A DNA stretch of 64,000 bases from the human T2T-CHM13v2.0 reference genome, Homo sapiens. Under the pieces are notes generated by a model. The model had not been told where the DNA came from. It saw only the letters and a list, made by a program, of their open reading frames with translations, and ran no database searches. A program made the translations under genes and the position numbers. The stretch lies in the NCBI RefSeq assembly GCF_009914755.1, contig NC_060929.1; one strand, written 5' to 3'. How positions within the stretch are numbered: position 1 is the stretch's first letter; each line of letters begins with the position of its first letter. Below, one piece after another: positions 39,628 through 55,498 of this stretch.

Positions 39628-40174
39628 TGTGATGGTTAATATTGATTTTCAACTTGATTGGATCAAAGGATGCAAAGTATTGTTCCTGGGTGTATCTGTG
39701 AGGGTGTTGCCAAAGGAGATTAACATTTGAGTCAGTGGACTGGGAGAGGCAGACCCACCTCAATCTCGGTGGGTACCATCTAATCAGCTGCCAGTAAATC
39801 CAAGATAAAGCAGGCAGAAGAAAGTGGAATGAAGACTTGCTGGGTTTTCCAGCCTTCATCTTTTCTCTCATGCTGGGTGCTTCCTGCCCACAAACACCAG
39901 ACTCCAAGTTCTTCAGCTTTTGGACACTTGGACTTACACCAGTGGTTTGCCAGGGGCCTTCAGGCCTTCGGCCACAGACTGAAGGCTGCACTGTTGGCTT
40001 CCCTACTTTTGAGGTCTTGGAACTTGGACCAGCTTCTCTGCTCCTCAGGTTGCAGATGGCCTATTGAGGGAGGTCACCTTGTGATCATCAAAGTCAAAAC
40101 TCCTTAGTAAACTCTCCTTCATATATACATCTGTCCTACTAGTTCTGACCCTTTAGGGAACCCTGACTCATACA
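39628..40174 (+). mobile_element. 3' LTR, MLT2A (MLT2A2-length, 547 bp)
   Basis: TG...CA termini; ggatgcaaagtattgttcctgggtg, ggcagacccaccctcaatct, gaaccctgactcataca. Confidence 0.92.
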
Positions 40175-40256
40175 GTGTTGTTGTTTCTCCATGTGCTTTT
40201 CAGCATTTCCCATTCTCTCTGATCCAGGTTAATAGGAGAAGAAAATTCCCATATCC

Positions 40257-40835
<579 letters not shown>

Positions 40836-41006
40836 AGTTTTCAGGGGAAAACCCCACTTCTTATACCTAATAGAGGGCATGCTCTCTAAGAAGGTAGGGA
40901 AGTAAGATTCCCTTTCTGCTTCTCTCTTTTATTTTTTGCTTCTATTGTAAACATTTAAGCCAACTTCCAATTGCTGCTCTTATTTCAAGTATAGAATGTA
41001 CAAAAT

Positions 41007-41226
41007 CCAGCCTGGGCAACATGGTGAAACCGCATCTCTACAAAAAATAAGAAAACTAGCTGGGCATGGTGGCACACCTGTAGTCCCAGCTACTCAGGAG
41101 GGGAGACTGAGATAGGAGGATCACCTGAGCCCAAGGAGGTCAAGGCTGCAGTGAGCCATGATTGTGCCACTGTACTCCAGCCTGAGCGACAGAATGATAC
41201 TCTGTCTAAAAAATAATATAAAAAAA
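41007..41226 (+). mobile_element. 5'-truncated AluJ
   Basis: Begins at ccagcctgggcaacatgg; degenerate TSD gaatgtacaaaatc / gaatatgcaaaatc. Confidence 0.92.
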
Positions 41227-41982
41227 GGAATATGCAAAATCACCAGAACATCTAATTTCTGAAAAGCGTAAGTAACCATGAACTCTTCAACTTCCCTGGA
41301 AAGTGCCACCTGTAAGTGACTACTGTAAGTAGCATGGGAGAAGAGCAGACAGAATTCTCTCTGGACAGCCATCACCAAATGGCAGAGGCATGCATGTGCC
41401 ACTGAGCAACAATAGCCAACATTCAACAAAACCAAGCACATTTAAAAAAATCTTTAGTGTGAAAATTCAAACATTTACAAAGGTAAAGAGAACAGTATCT
41501 CATGGACCCATCACCTGCTTTTGGCCAATGTTGTTTCATCTATACTCACACCCACTTCTCCCTCCCCAGTGTGTTACTGAGAGGCAAAATCACAAACACG
41601 GTTTCATTTCACCTGTAAGGATTTCAGTATGTGTCTTTAGAAGGAGTTTTATTTTGACTATGATCATAGTACCAGTAGGTCACAACAAAACTAAAAATGC
41701 TTTAGTATCATAAAATAATTAGTGTTCAAAACATAATTTTTTACCATTGTTTTGTTCAAATCAGGATCCAAATAAGATTCACATAACCTATTTGATTAGT
41801 ATCTTCATAAGTAATTTGTAATCCATTGTTCCCCCCCTCAACTTTTTCTTTTAATTTATTTGTGAAAGAAACTTGCCCTTTCTTTGTCCTAAATACTTAC
41901 CCACATTGTGGGTCTTTTTCAATTGCATCTTTGCAGTGTGCATTAAACATATTCCTCTGTTCTCTACTTGTTTAACTCCGGA

Positions 41983-42598
<616 letters not shown>

Positions 42599-42829
42599 AT
42601 GTGAGAGCCTTAATCAGGTTCAGATTTGATGCTTTGGCAAGAGTATCTTGTGTGTACTCTCTAATATATTATACCAGGTGACAGAGAATGACTGTTGTCT
42701 TTGTGTGTGTGTGTAATGTTAGGATTGATCAGTGGGTCCACATGTTGTTAGCTTTATCCATTTATCCTAAAACTACGTATCAGACTGTCACATAACAGTC
42801 TTAGCAGCCATTCATAGTTACTGTCTTAA

Positions 42830-43065
42830 ACAAGTTTCTCGGCCTGAGTACTATGGACATTTAGGGCAGGAGAATTCTTTGTTATGGGAGGCTGTTCTGT
42901 TCATTACAGGATGTTTAGCAGTTTCCCTGGTCTCTATCTACTAGATGCCAGCAACACTTTTCCTTGCCTCTAGATGGGACAATAAAAAAGTCTCTAAGAC
43001 ATGGTCAAATATGCAAAATCACCTCCAACCCATCTCCCTACCCCCAATTTAAGATACATTTTGTC
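42830..43065. mobile_element. MER20
   Basis: actatggacattt...aattctttgttatgggaggctgttctg...aggatgtttagcag...tactagatgccagc. Confidence 0.85.
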
Positions 43066-43099
43066 TAGAGCCATTATCTCACTAGGGCCAAACATAAAT

Positions 43100-43340
43100 T
43101 GAACCTCTTCAGTGACGTCTTCCCTAACACTATCTTTCTACAACCCAAAATTAAATATCTTCAATGTGCTACTTCCCTAGCACTGTGTTGCTCTCTAGGA
43201 GCATTTATTGTATTATTTCACAATTGCTTGAGTCTGTTTTCCTCTCTAGAATGTAAGTTCCTCAAGGGTAGCTTCCACACCTATGTATTCTACTGCCCGG
43301 CAAAACACCTGAATGTGGGCTCAATGGATTAAATGCCAAG
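43100..43340 (+). mobile_element. L2 3' end
   Basis: ctagaatgtaagttcctcaagggtag...ggctcaat. Confidence 0.65.
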
Positions 43341-43519
43341 TAAAGTTAAGAGCCACAGTCTCTAGGGGTTCCCTGATCCATCAAGTGGAAAAGCGGGACC
43401 ACCCATCCAGTTCCTCAGTAATCATTTGTGGAGTTTGCCTATAAGAAGACTCTTAAGTAAAATGTATTGTTTTTGATAAGAAAATTAGAGTCATATCTGC
43501 CATCAGACTTGGGAATTTA

Positions 43520-44085
43520 TTCACTTATTCAAGAAACATGTACTGGACACAAACTATTGGACAAATGCTTTTCTCAGAACTAGAGATAACAGTGAAGAAT
43601 AAGCTGGAGAAGGTCCTCCCCTGCAGAGGGTATATCCTAATAGTAGAGAGTACTGCTAGGGGCCAAAAAACAGATACAGAAATAAATACATAAATAAGCC
43701 AGAGAATCTCAACTTGGGATATAAGTGAATAAAGAAAATAGACAACATGATGTGCTAAAAGTATGAATGGGAAAGCAACTACACTAGACAGATTGAAAAA
43801 ATGAGATGGGAAAAGCCATGGACAAAGCAGGGAAGAGAATTCCAGACAGAAGAAAGAGAAAATGCCAGGTCTCTGCAGTAGAAAAGAGCAATCTGTGTTC
43901 AAAGTGCAGAATATCTGGCCTATGGGTCGGGGTGAGCAGAGCACACTGAGCAAGAGGCTGTGGAGCATGACAAGTCAGAGGCATGGGCAGGACAGCATGG
44001 CTGTGGTCCAGATCTGGGCTTTATTCAAAGAGTGAGAAGCTATTGCACAACTTAAACCATGGATGTAAAATAATATAAGCTACAT
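43520..44085 (-). mobile_element. L2a, first half (continues at 51040-51220)
   Basis: ttattcaagaaacatgtactg...agagaattccagacaga...aaatgccaggtctctg. Confidence 0.75.
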
Positions 44086-45406
44086 ATTTTTAAAATAACA
44101 GCTTTATTGAGATATAATCCACCTACCATACAATTCATCCTTTTAAAGAGTATAATGCAGTGGTTTTCAGTATGTTTACATACTTGGGCAACCATTACCG
44201 CTATCTAATTTACAACATTTTGTCATCTTAAACAGAAACCCCATACCTGTTCACAGCCTCTCCCATTCTCTCCTACTCCCAGATCCTGGCAACTGCTAAT
44301 CTCCTTTTTTTTCCTATGGATTTGCCTATTCTGTATATTTCATATAAATGGAATCAACAATATGTGACGTTTTGTGTCTAGTTTCTTTCACTTAGCATAC
44401 ATTTTCATGGTTTATTTATGTTATAGCATGAATCAGTACAGTACTTCATCCCTTTTTATGGCTGAATAATATTATATGGTATGAATATATCATTTTATTC
44501 ATCTGTTGATTAACATTTGTGTTGTTTTCACTTTTTGGCTATTATGAAAAATGCTGCTATAAACACTTGTATACAAGTTATTTTTGTGAACATACGTTTT
44601 CATTTCTCCTGGGCATAGGTTTAAAAATGGAATTATTGGCTCATGTGGTAATTCTATGTTTAATTTTTTGGGGAATTGCCAAACCATTTTCCAAAATGGC
44701 TGTACAATTTTACAGTCCCACCAGCAACCTATGATGGCTTCACTTTCTTCACATCCTTGCCAACACCTATTAATGTCTGTCTTTTTTTATTTTAGCCTTC
44801 TTAGTGGGTATAGAGTGATATCTCACTGTAGTATTGATTTTCAGTTCCATAATGACTAATGATATTGAGCATCTTTCCATGTGTCTCTTGCTGGTTTTAC
44901 ATCTTCTTAGAAGAAATGCTTATTCAAATCATTTGCTCATTTTTAATTGGGTTGTCTTTTTATTTTTGAGTTGGAAAAGTTCTTTATATTTTCTAGATAA
45001 AAGTTCCTTATCAGATTTATAATTTGCACATATTTTCTCCCTTTCTGTAGGTTGTCTTTTCACTTTCTTCATGGTGTTCTTTGAAGAACAATTTTTTAAA
45101 ATTTTTATGAAGTTCAAATTTCCTATTTGTTTCTTTGGTCTATGATGCTTTCAGTGTTATATCTAATAAGGCTTTGCCTAACTCAAGGTCACAAAGATTT
45201 ACTTCTATATTTTCTGCTAAAAATGTTATGGTTTTAACTCTATGTTTAGGTCTTTAATCTATTTGAATTAATTTTTGTATGTGATGGGAGAAAGAGATCC
45301 AACTTTATCTTTTGCATGTAGATATCTAGTTGTTCCAGCATCATTTGTTTAAAAGATTATTCTTTTCCCATTGAATGACCTTGACCTCTATGTCAAAAGT
45401 TAGTTG

Positions 45407-45712
45407 AGCTGTGCGTGCTGGCTCATGCCTGTAATCCCAGCACTTTGGGAGGCTAAACCAGGCGAATCACTTGAGCCCAGGAGTTCAAGACCATCCTGGG
45501 CAATATGATAAAACCCTGTCTCTGCATAAAAGACAAAAATTAGCTGGGTGTGGTGGCACACTACTGTAGTCCCAGCTACTCAGGAGGCTGAGGCGGGAGG
45601 ATCACTTGAGCCCAGGAAGCAGAGGTTGCAGTGAGCTGAGATCATGCCACTGCACTCCAGCCTGGATGAAAGAGCAAGACTGTCTCAAAAACAGAACAAT
45701 AACAACAAAAAA
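45407..45712 (+). mobile_element. AluJb
   Basis: Full Alu; TSD aagt(t/c)agttga. Confidence 0.94.
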
Positions 45713-46124
45713 GAAGTCAGTTGACCATAAATGTGAGCGTTTATTTATGATTTTTCAATTCTGTTGAATTAACCTATTGTATGCCAGTACCACACAGTCT
45801 AGATTACCATAGATTAGTTTTGAGAAGTGTAAGTCCCCAATTTTCTTCTTTAATTTCTTTCAATAGTGTTTTATACTTATCACTGTATACATCTTGTCTT
45901 CTTTGTTGAGATTTTTTCTAGGTATTTTATTATTCTTGATGCTACTGCAAATGGAATGTTTTAAATTTCATTTTGGATTGTTCATTACCAGTGTATAGAA
46001 ATATGCATATGCTGCAACCTTCCTGAACTCATTTAATAGTTTTAATAGTATACACTATTCTTGTGCTTGGTCTTAGGGGTAAAGTTTTCATTCTTTCACC
46101 ATTAAGTATGATGTTAGAAGTACA

Positions 46125-46397
<273 letters not shown>

Positions 46398-47363
46398 GTC
46401 TGTATTTTTTAGATGTCCTTTATCCAAATGAGAAAGTTTCTTTGTATTTTTAGTTTGTTAGGTGTTTCTGTCATGAAAGGGTGTTAGCATTTTGTCAACA
46501 CCTTTTCAGAGTCAATGGCATTACCATGTGTTTTATGTTATTTATTCTATTAATATGATGTATTACATTGATTGATTTTCATATGTTAAGCCAACTTTGC
46601 ATTCTTGGGATAAATCCTACTTGGTCATGGTATATAATCTTTCAAATATGTTCCTGGATTCAGTTTGCTAGTATTTGTTGGGAATTTTTTCATTTATATT
46701 CATAAGGGATATTGGACTGTAGTTTTCTGGTGATACTTCTGCCTGGTTTTGGTATCAAAGTAATAGTGGCTTTACAGAATGTGTTAGAATGTGCTCCCTC
46801 CTCTAAATTTTGGGAGTTTGCAAAAGGTTGATATTAATTATTTTTAGACATATGGTAGAATTAAAGAGTGAATCCAACTGGGCCTGGGCCTTTCCTTGTG
46901 GGAAGATACTATTAATACTAATTCACTCCATTTAGTTATTGTAAGTCTACTCAGATTGTCTATTTCTAAAAGTTTGTCCATTTCATCTATGTCATCTAAT
47001 TTGTTGATAGACAATTGTTTGTAGTATTCCTTTATGACACATTTAATTTTGTTAAGTTCAGTAGTGATGTTCCCATTTTCTTTCCTAAGTTTAGCAATTT
47101 GAGTCTTCTCTCTTTTTTCTTGCTCTATTTAGCTAAAAGTTTGTCAGTTTCATTGATCTTTTCAAAGAATCAAATTTTGATTTCATTGGTTTGCTCTTTT
47201 CTTTTTCTAATCCCTTTTTTCCTAATAATTTCCACTCTCATCTGCATTATTTTCTTCCTTCTCCTAGCTTTGCATGTAGTGTAATCTTCTTTTTCCAGCA
47301 TTGTAAAGTGGCAGTTTAAGCTGTTGATTTGAGATTTGTTTTAATATCAACAGTAACAGGTAA

Positions 47364-47765
<402 letters not shown>

Positions 47766-50640
47766 TAATTTCCTTTGTGAGTTCTCTTTGGCTCATTGGT
47801 TATTTAGGAGTGTGTTGTTGAATTTCCACATATTTGCAAATTTTCCAAATTCCCTTCTGTTACTGATTTCAAATTTAATTCCATAAGGGCCAGAGAACGT
47901 ATTTTGTGTGGTTTTAATCCTTCTAAATTTGGGGGATTTTATGGCCTAAAATATGATCTACTTTGGGGAATGTCCCATGTGCACTTGAGAAGAATATCTA
48001 TTCTACTACTATTGGGTAGAACACTTCTATAATTATATATTATGTCTACTTAATTTATCCTGTTTTTTAAGTCTTCTGTTTCCTTTTGATTTTCTGTATA
48101 GTTGTTCTAGCTAGTGTAGGGTATTGAAATCTCCAACTATTATTGACGAATTACCTATTTCTCCTTTCAGTTCTATCAGTTTTTGCTTCATGTGTTTTAG
48201 GTTGTGCTGTTAGGTGCATATATGTTTATAATTGTTAAATCTTCCTCGTGTATTGACACTTTCATAATTACAAAATGTTTTTCTTTGTCTCTAGTAACAC
48301 TTGTTGTCTTAAATCCTATGTTGTCTGATTTTAGTGTAGTCCCCCTACCTCAGTTCTCCTGGGTTATTGTTTGTGAAATATCTATTTGCTATAACTTTAT
48401 TTTCAACCTAGTTATGTATTTGACTCTAAAGTGTGTCTCTTTTGGATAATGTACAGTTGAAACATGTTTTTAAATCTATTTTGCCAATCTTTGTCTTTTG
48501 ATTAAAGTGTTTAGTTAATTTACGTTTGATGTAATTACTGATAAGGCACAATTTACATCTGTCATTTTGCTACTTGTTTTCTATATGTTTTATGTCTTTC
48601 TTGTTTATCTGTTTACCATTACTGCCTTCTTTTGTGACAAATAGATATTTGCTGCTATACCATTTTAATTCTCTTCATTTTCTTTACTATGCATATTTTT
48701 AAGTTAGTCTTGGTGGTTGCTCTGACATCTAAACTTAAAATAATTTAGTTCAGACTAATATCAACTTATTTTCAATAATGTAAGAAAACTTTTCTCTAAT
48801 AAAGCTTCATTTTTCCCCTTCATGCTGCTATCATCATATCAATTACATATTTATATATTAAAAGTCCATCGACAATGATCACTTTATGCACTTGTGTTTT
48901 AAGTCAAATAGGAAAAAAGAGTTACAACAAAAAATACATTTATACTCTCTTTTATATTTACCAAGGTAAGTGGTAGCTATGTAGTTATTGTTACTGGTGT
49001 TCTTTATATTTTGTGTGTGTGTGAATTCAAGTTACTGTTTAATGTTTTTAAATTTCAGCCTGAATGACTTTCTTTAATATTTCTTGTAGGGCAGTCTGCT
49101 AGTGACAAAATCTCTCAGGTTTTGTTTATCTGAGAATGTCTTAATTTCTCCTTTGTTTCTGAAGAATAATTTTCTGGTTGTAAAATCTTGGTTGGCAGTC
49201 TTTCTCTTTTAGCACTTGGAATGTGTCATCTCAATGCTTTCAGGCCTCTATATATTCTGAAGAGTAATCAGTTTTAATTATTATTGAATATCCCTTATTG
49301 TTTTTCTCCTGCTTTTTTCAAGATTTTCTCTTTGTCTTTCAACAGCTTGACTATTATGTGTTTAGATATGAAACCCTTTGAGTTTTTTCTACTTCAGATT
49401 TGTTGAGCATATTTGAAGTGCAGATTTAAATGTTTTTCACTAAGCTTGAAGAGCTTGGGCTATTATTTCTTCAAATGTTCTTTCTGCTTCTTTCTCTTTC
49501 TCTCTTCTTTCTAGGACTCCCATAATGGGTATGTTGATAGGCTTGATGTTTCCCACAGATTTCTGAGGCTTTGTTCATATTTTTTATTCTTTTTTCTTTC
49601 TTTTCTTAAGCAAACTTTGACTTATCTTCAAGCTTGCTGATTCTTTCTTTCCCCAGTTAAAATTTACTTTTCTGCTACTCTAGTAAACTTTTCATTTCAG
49701 TTACTGTACTCAATTCCAGGATTTCTATTTTTTGACAAATAATTTCTATCTCTTGATTGATATTCTCCAGTTGGGAGATATCATTTTCATACTTTACTTT
49801 TTACATGGATTCTTTTATTTCTTTGAACCATTTTATAACAGCTGATTTAAATTTTTTGTCTAGTAAGTCTAATGTCTGGGATCTCTCAGGAACAGTTTGT
49901 ATTTACTGCTTTTATTCTTATGTATGAGCCACACTTTCCTGTTTCTTTGCATATGTCATAATTTTTTTTTGAAAACTAGATATTTAAAATAATATAACAA
50001 CTCTGGAAATTGGATTCCAGTCCCTTCCCAGAGTTTGTGACAGTTTCTATGTTTTTGTTTAATGACTTTTCAGGACTAATTCTGTAAAATCTGTATTCTT
50101 TATTGTGTGCAGCTCCTGAGGTCTCTACTTGGTTAGCTTAGTATTCAACCAATGATTCAACAGAAATTTCCTCAAATGCCTTGACCCAATATGTCCCTCA
50201 GGTGTCGTCAAGAGGTTCTGTATCTGTGTTGGGACATGGTTTCAACACCCTAGTAGTTAGCTTACAACTCTGCTTTAGCCTTAGATTCTTGATTGTGAGC
50301 CAGAGGTGTGAGATTAGTGCCTTCTCATGTCTTTCCTGGACATGTGCACTGCCCTGCCTATGAATGGCCAAGAATACGTCAGGTCTCTTAAATTTTCCTA
50401 TAAACATCTCATTCCCCAATTTTCCCTTTTAAGGTTTTTTTGTTTCTGTTTTTGATTTTTGTTTGTTTGTTTTTTGTTTTCTGTAGTCTCTTGTTAGCCC
50501 CAAATGGTATGGACACCTCAGGCAGCTGTGATGTTAATCAATTGCTACTGCTTGTTTTTGACAAATTCCCCAAAGATAAGGCTGTCCATACAGAGCAGAG
50601 CTCTGCATTAGACAAATAAAACAAGCCCTAAGATTGGATC

Positions 50641-50881
50641 TTTTTATATTTTTTTAAAGTCAGGTTTATTGTAGCATATTCATATATAATAAAATTTACT
50701 ATTTTAAGTGTACAGATTAATAAGTTTTGACAATACCTACACTCATATAACCAATGCCACAATCAAGATATAGAATATTTCCATCAGCCCTAAAAAGTTC
50801 CCTTTTTCGAGGCGGAGCTTGCAGTGAGCCGAGATCGCACCACTGCACTCCAGCCTGGGCAACAGAGCGAGACTCTGTCTC

Positions 50882-50912
<31 letters not shown>

Positions 50913-51035
50913 TTCTGCTTTGCAGTTAATGCCCTCCCCTAGACCAAAGTCCTGGAAAACATTGTTTCCTTCTAGTTTGGCCTTTTCTATAATGTCGTAT
51001 ACACAGGACCATATAGTAGGTAGCTCTTTCTGGGA
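50641..51035 (-). mobile_element. Second L1 3'-end fragment (L1MB/MC-type)
   Basis: tttattgtagcatattca...ttttaagtgtacag...caatcaagatatagaatatttccatca. Confidence 0.8.
50809..50905 (+). mobile_element. Severely 5'-truncated AluY with pure A24 tail
   Basis: AluY-diagnostic ggagcttgcagtgagccgagatcg; TSD TCCCTTTTTC at 50799-50808 and 50906-50915. Confidence 0.92.
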
Positions 51036-51039
51036 TATA

Positions 51040-51220
51040 CATTTTTTTAAAGTACATTCCTCCGCCTTGCGGGGAATGAATTGGAGAGAGCCAAGGGAGG
51101 AAGCAGTGAGAACAGTTAGAAAGCTATGATCCTAGTCCAAGTGCAAGCTGGTGGGAACTAAGATATATTGGTAACAGAAGATGGTTGTGAACTCTACTGA
51201 AGTGGGGTAGAGGGAAATAA
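51040..51220 (-). mobile_element. L2a, second half
   Basis: ggaagcagtgagaacagttagaaagctatg...tagtccaagtg continues the L2 broken at about 44085. Confidence 0.68.
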
Positions 51221-51499
51221 GAGTTCTAATTTAATCACATTGGAAACCTTTCAGGTCAAGAAAAAAAATTATGCTTCCTATAGCAAGCTATCAAAACTTA
51301 CATACTTTAAAATATAAGACCATTTATCTTTTCTCATGGGACTCAGAGTTCCCCACACGAATACCCATTTCTACATGCACTCAAGAAAATGCCACTGTCA
51401 AGCAGCTCTATTGTGGACTGTATATCTATGAGCAGAGTTCTAAGTAGAGCTTTCATCTTCTCCCCAAGTACTGACAAGCTGCACAGGAGACACTCTGCT

Positions 51500-51900
51500 T
51501 TGCTAATCTTCCACTTAAGACAGGACCTAATTAGATTGTCTTCTGGCTTTGATCAGAGAGGGTCTTTGGAAAGTTTAACAGCTCTGAACGACTCAATTGC
51601 CAGAGAGAAACCAGCGTGCCAAAAATAAAGCATTAATCAAAGCCAAGAAAACAGTGTTGGCTGAAACATGGCTTGGTATGGGGCGCTAGGTATTTCAAAC
51701 AGCCGAGTTTGATGGAAACAATTAGGAACAGCAGTAATTGCCTGTCAGGCAACATTGCCATTTGCTGAGGACAAAGCTGATAAATTCAGACACAAAGGCT
51801 GCTGGGACCTCCATTGTAGCCTTTCACTTTTGAAGATTGTCTTCTGGTTTCCATTACAATGAAGCTCAAACTGCCGGCCCCATTAAAATGTCAAGGTGGG
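51500..51900. promoter_or_regulatory. Candidate conserved developmental enhancer
   Basis: TE-free; CTTTGAT, ATCAAAG, ACAAT/CATTGT, TAATTA/TAATTG motifs; 14-bp direct repeat and 15-bp palindrome. Confidence 0.35.
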
Positions 51901-52775
51901 AGGGAGGGAGAAGGTCTTGAAATAAGTCTTTCAAGGCTATTGTTATAGATGGTTTTATTTATGGAGTAGGGTTCCTGTACACACTTATTTTACTTTTTCT
52001 TTACCTTAAGTGATGAAAGAACCAAGTCCTTCAGCCCTTATCGCCAGGGAACTGAGGGGCCAAATTTTGATCTCTGTAGTTTTTCAGGGGACAGGGTAGT
52101 GGAGGGGTGCAGTCAGGTCACACTCTGCCCTTATCTGTTCTTCCCCATACCTGGAAGAGTAAGTTCAGGTGCTCCAAAGAGACTATTCTGCAGAAGTTCC
52201 TTAGCCAGTGACTTCCAACCTTTCACAGGGCTTTAAATACCCATCCCACAATTAGAAATCTTGTAGCAATCTGGAATTCCCCTTTTCCTCCCTCTGTTCC
52301 GAAATGCCCCATCATCAATAGCTGCTCTCCCATTGGATTATTTGTAACCCAAATTCTGGGTCAAGGAAAAGAGAAAGGGTGTCCATTCTTAGGCCTAGAA
52401 AGGCTGTAATGATACATGTAAGGTATCTGTGGGGAAATATAAGTTCATTAGTAAGGAGTTCACTGAGATGTCTGTGACTCAGGCACATTCATGGTCAGTA
52501 TAAGCACTGTCAATATTAGAGTCACTCCTTACTTAGAGAGGACATAATTGAAATAAACCAAAACTGAAATGCTGATCTGGAAGCCTAGAGACTGGGGTTT
52601 CATATTACTTGTCTCTAAAAAGCCATGTGCCCCGGAGTACAATTTTAACTTTGTTTGGTTTAGAACTGAATACCCAAGGCCTAGAAGACCACCCAGCACA
52701 TAGTAGGCTCTTGGCAATTAACATTTGCCAATTAAACTTTTTCAAACCTCAGCATACTGACCAGAAATAGGGGAT

Positions 52776-53224
52776 TTTATTAGTTTTCTGAGGCATCCAG
52801 AACAATATACTACCAACTAGGTGGCTTAAAACGATAGAAATTCATTCTTTCAGTTTTAGAAGATGGAAGTCCAATACAAAAGTGTCAAGAGGGCCATGCT
52901 CCCTCTAAAATCTGTAGAGAAGAATCCTTCCTTGCCTCTTCCTAGCTTTTAGTGTTGGCTGTCAACCCTTCGTGTTCCTTGGCTTGTAGCTGCATCATGC
53001 CAAGCTCTGTCTGTCATCACATGGCATTCTCCTGTGTGTCTCTGTGTCCTCTTCTTAAAAGGGCGCCACTCATATTGAATTAAGGGTTCACCTTACTCCA
53101 GTGTAACCTCATCTTGACTAATTACATCTGCAACCACTCTATTTCCAAGTAACTTCTCATTCTGAGATATTGAGGATTAGGACTTCAGTATAGCTTTTGG
53201 GAGTGCATCATTCAACCCATAATA
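52776..53224 (-). mobile_element. MLT1C-like solo LTR with 5-bp TSD
   Basis: Antisense MLT1 text; TSD GGGAT at 52771-52775 and 53225-53229. Confidence 0.9.
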
Positions 53225-53439
53225 GGGATAATTCCAGTTGTCAATCCATCTCATCATTTATTACAAGGACCTATTAAGATAACACATGGAAAAACTCTTT
53301 AGAAATAACAGATTATTATTCACATGCCTAGAGGAATTTCTTCTCCATACCATTTACTGTTAGGATATAGTAATATGTCATAAAACTTAAATTGTCAACT
53401 TGGATACTTAATAGGACTTCATAATTCTATTAATATACA

Positions 53440-53620
53440 TTATCCCTCTTTAGCCTGCAAAGTGGGCAGGGCAAGAACTATTATCTCTTTTAGAGATTAA
53501 AAAAACAAAACAAAAAAAAAAAAGAAAAAAAAAAGACTGAGATACAAAATTAAATGACACAGTCAAAGATAAACAGAATGACAGCAGAAGAATTGGTACT
53601 AGATCCCATGGTGTCAGCCT
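53440..53620 (-). mobile_element. MIR with internal A-rich expansion
   Basis: tattatctcttttagaga...gactgagatacaaaattaaatgac. Confidence 0.55.
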
Positions 53621-54479
53621 CCCATTTGTGACCCTTTTGATTCCATCATAATGCTGAGATGACAATTTCTCCCTGGAGCCTTCATTTTCTCATCATTAGG
53701 TGGTCTGCTGCAGAGAACTAGAGGTTCAACTCCTGATCCATGGAGACTCACCAGTGCTAAGGGACTTCTGTTCAATTGGATCAAACTTGGCTGTATTGTG
53801 GTGCTGAAGATGCAAGGTGGGAGAGAAGGGGACGGTGAAAAAAGGGATGAAAGTAAGGAGTAATTACAATGAGTAGGTGAACTAGCAACTCAGCCAACAA
53901 GGAATGAATTAAGTGTGGTGTATAGGATAATTAGCAGTTCTTTAGTGCAGGAAAATTGCTACCAGCTGTTCATAACCCAAGAATGAAGCGCTGATCTGTA
54001 AACGGTTATCTGAACAACCAGGGAGACAGCTCAAAATGAAGCTGTGCCTCAGGGCCTGAAGGCTATGCTTTATTGTCCAGAAACAGCCTTGCCCTGGGAC
54101 GAATCCATTATACTCATTAATAGTTGTTACATGCATTTCTTGTTCTAGCCACAAGCCCCTCGAGAACATTGGGCCCAGGGTCTACAGGAGTCAGACCAAA
54201 AGGGATAAATAAGAATGTCAGAGTCCTGAAATCCCAGGGTTCCTCCTCAGTTTGTTACTCCCACTTTCTTCTTCGTAGCCTAGTCAAAAAACATGATCTT
54301 ATCCATCTTCAATGCCCATTTCCTCATTGAATTTCCCTGCCTTACCCCAGACAGGGTAGACGTGTCAGACAGTCTGACGCATCTTCAATCTGGCACGCTA
54401 ATGTAGCTGCTCTTCTGAGTTAACCAAGAACCTTCAGAACAACAACAAAAATAACATAGAAGAAAATGTTATGACAAGA

Positions 54480-55497
<1,018 letters not shown>

Positions 55498-55498
55498 C

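Larger units (their letters stand above)
37402..40174 (+). mobile_element. Deleted HERV-L (ERVL) provirus with MLT2A LTRs
   Basis: 5' LTR stub, pol and dUTPase remnants, polypurine tract AAAGGGTGGACT, complete 3' LTR; 5-bp TSD ATGTT (37397-37401) / GTGTT (40175-40179). Confidence 0.93.

Noticed and set aside
43525-43968. 147-aa hydrophobic ORF resembling a membrane protein
   Set aside because: Translation of T-rich L2 sequence; compositional artefact
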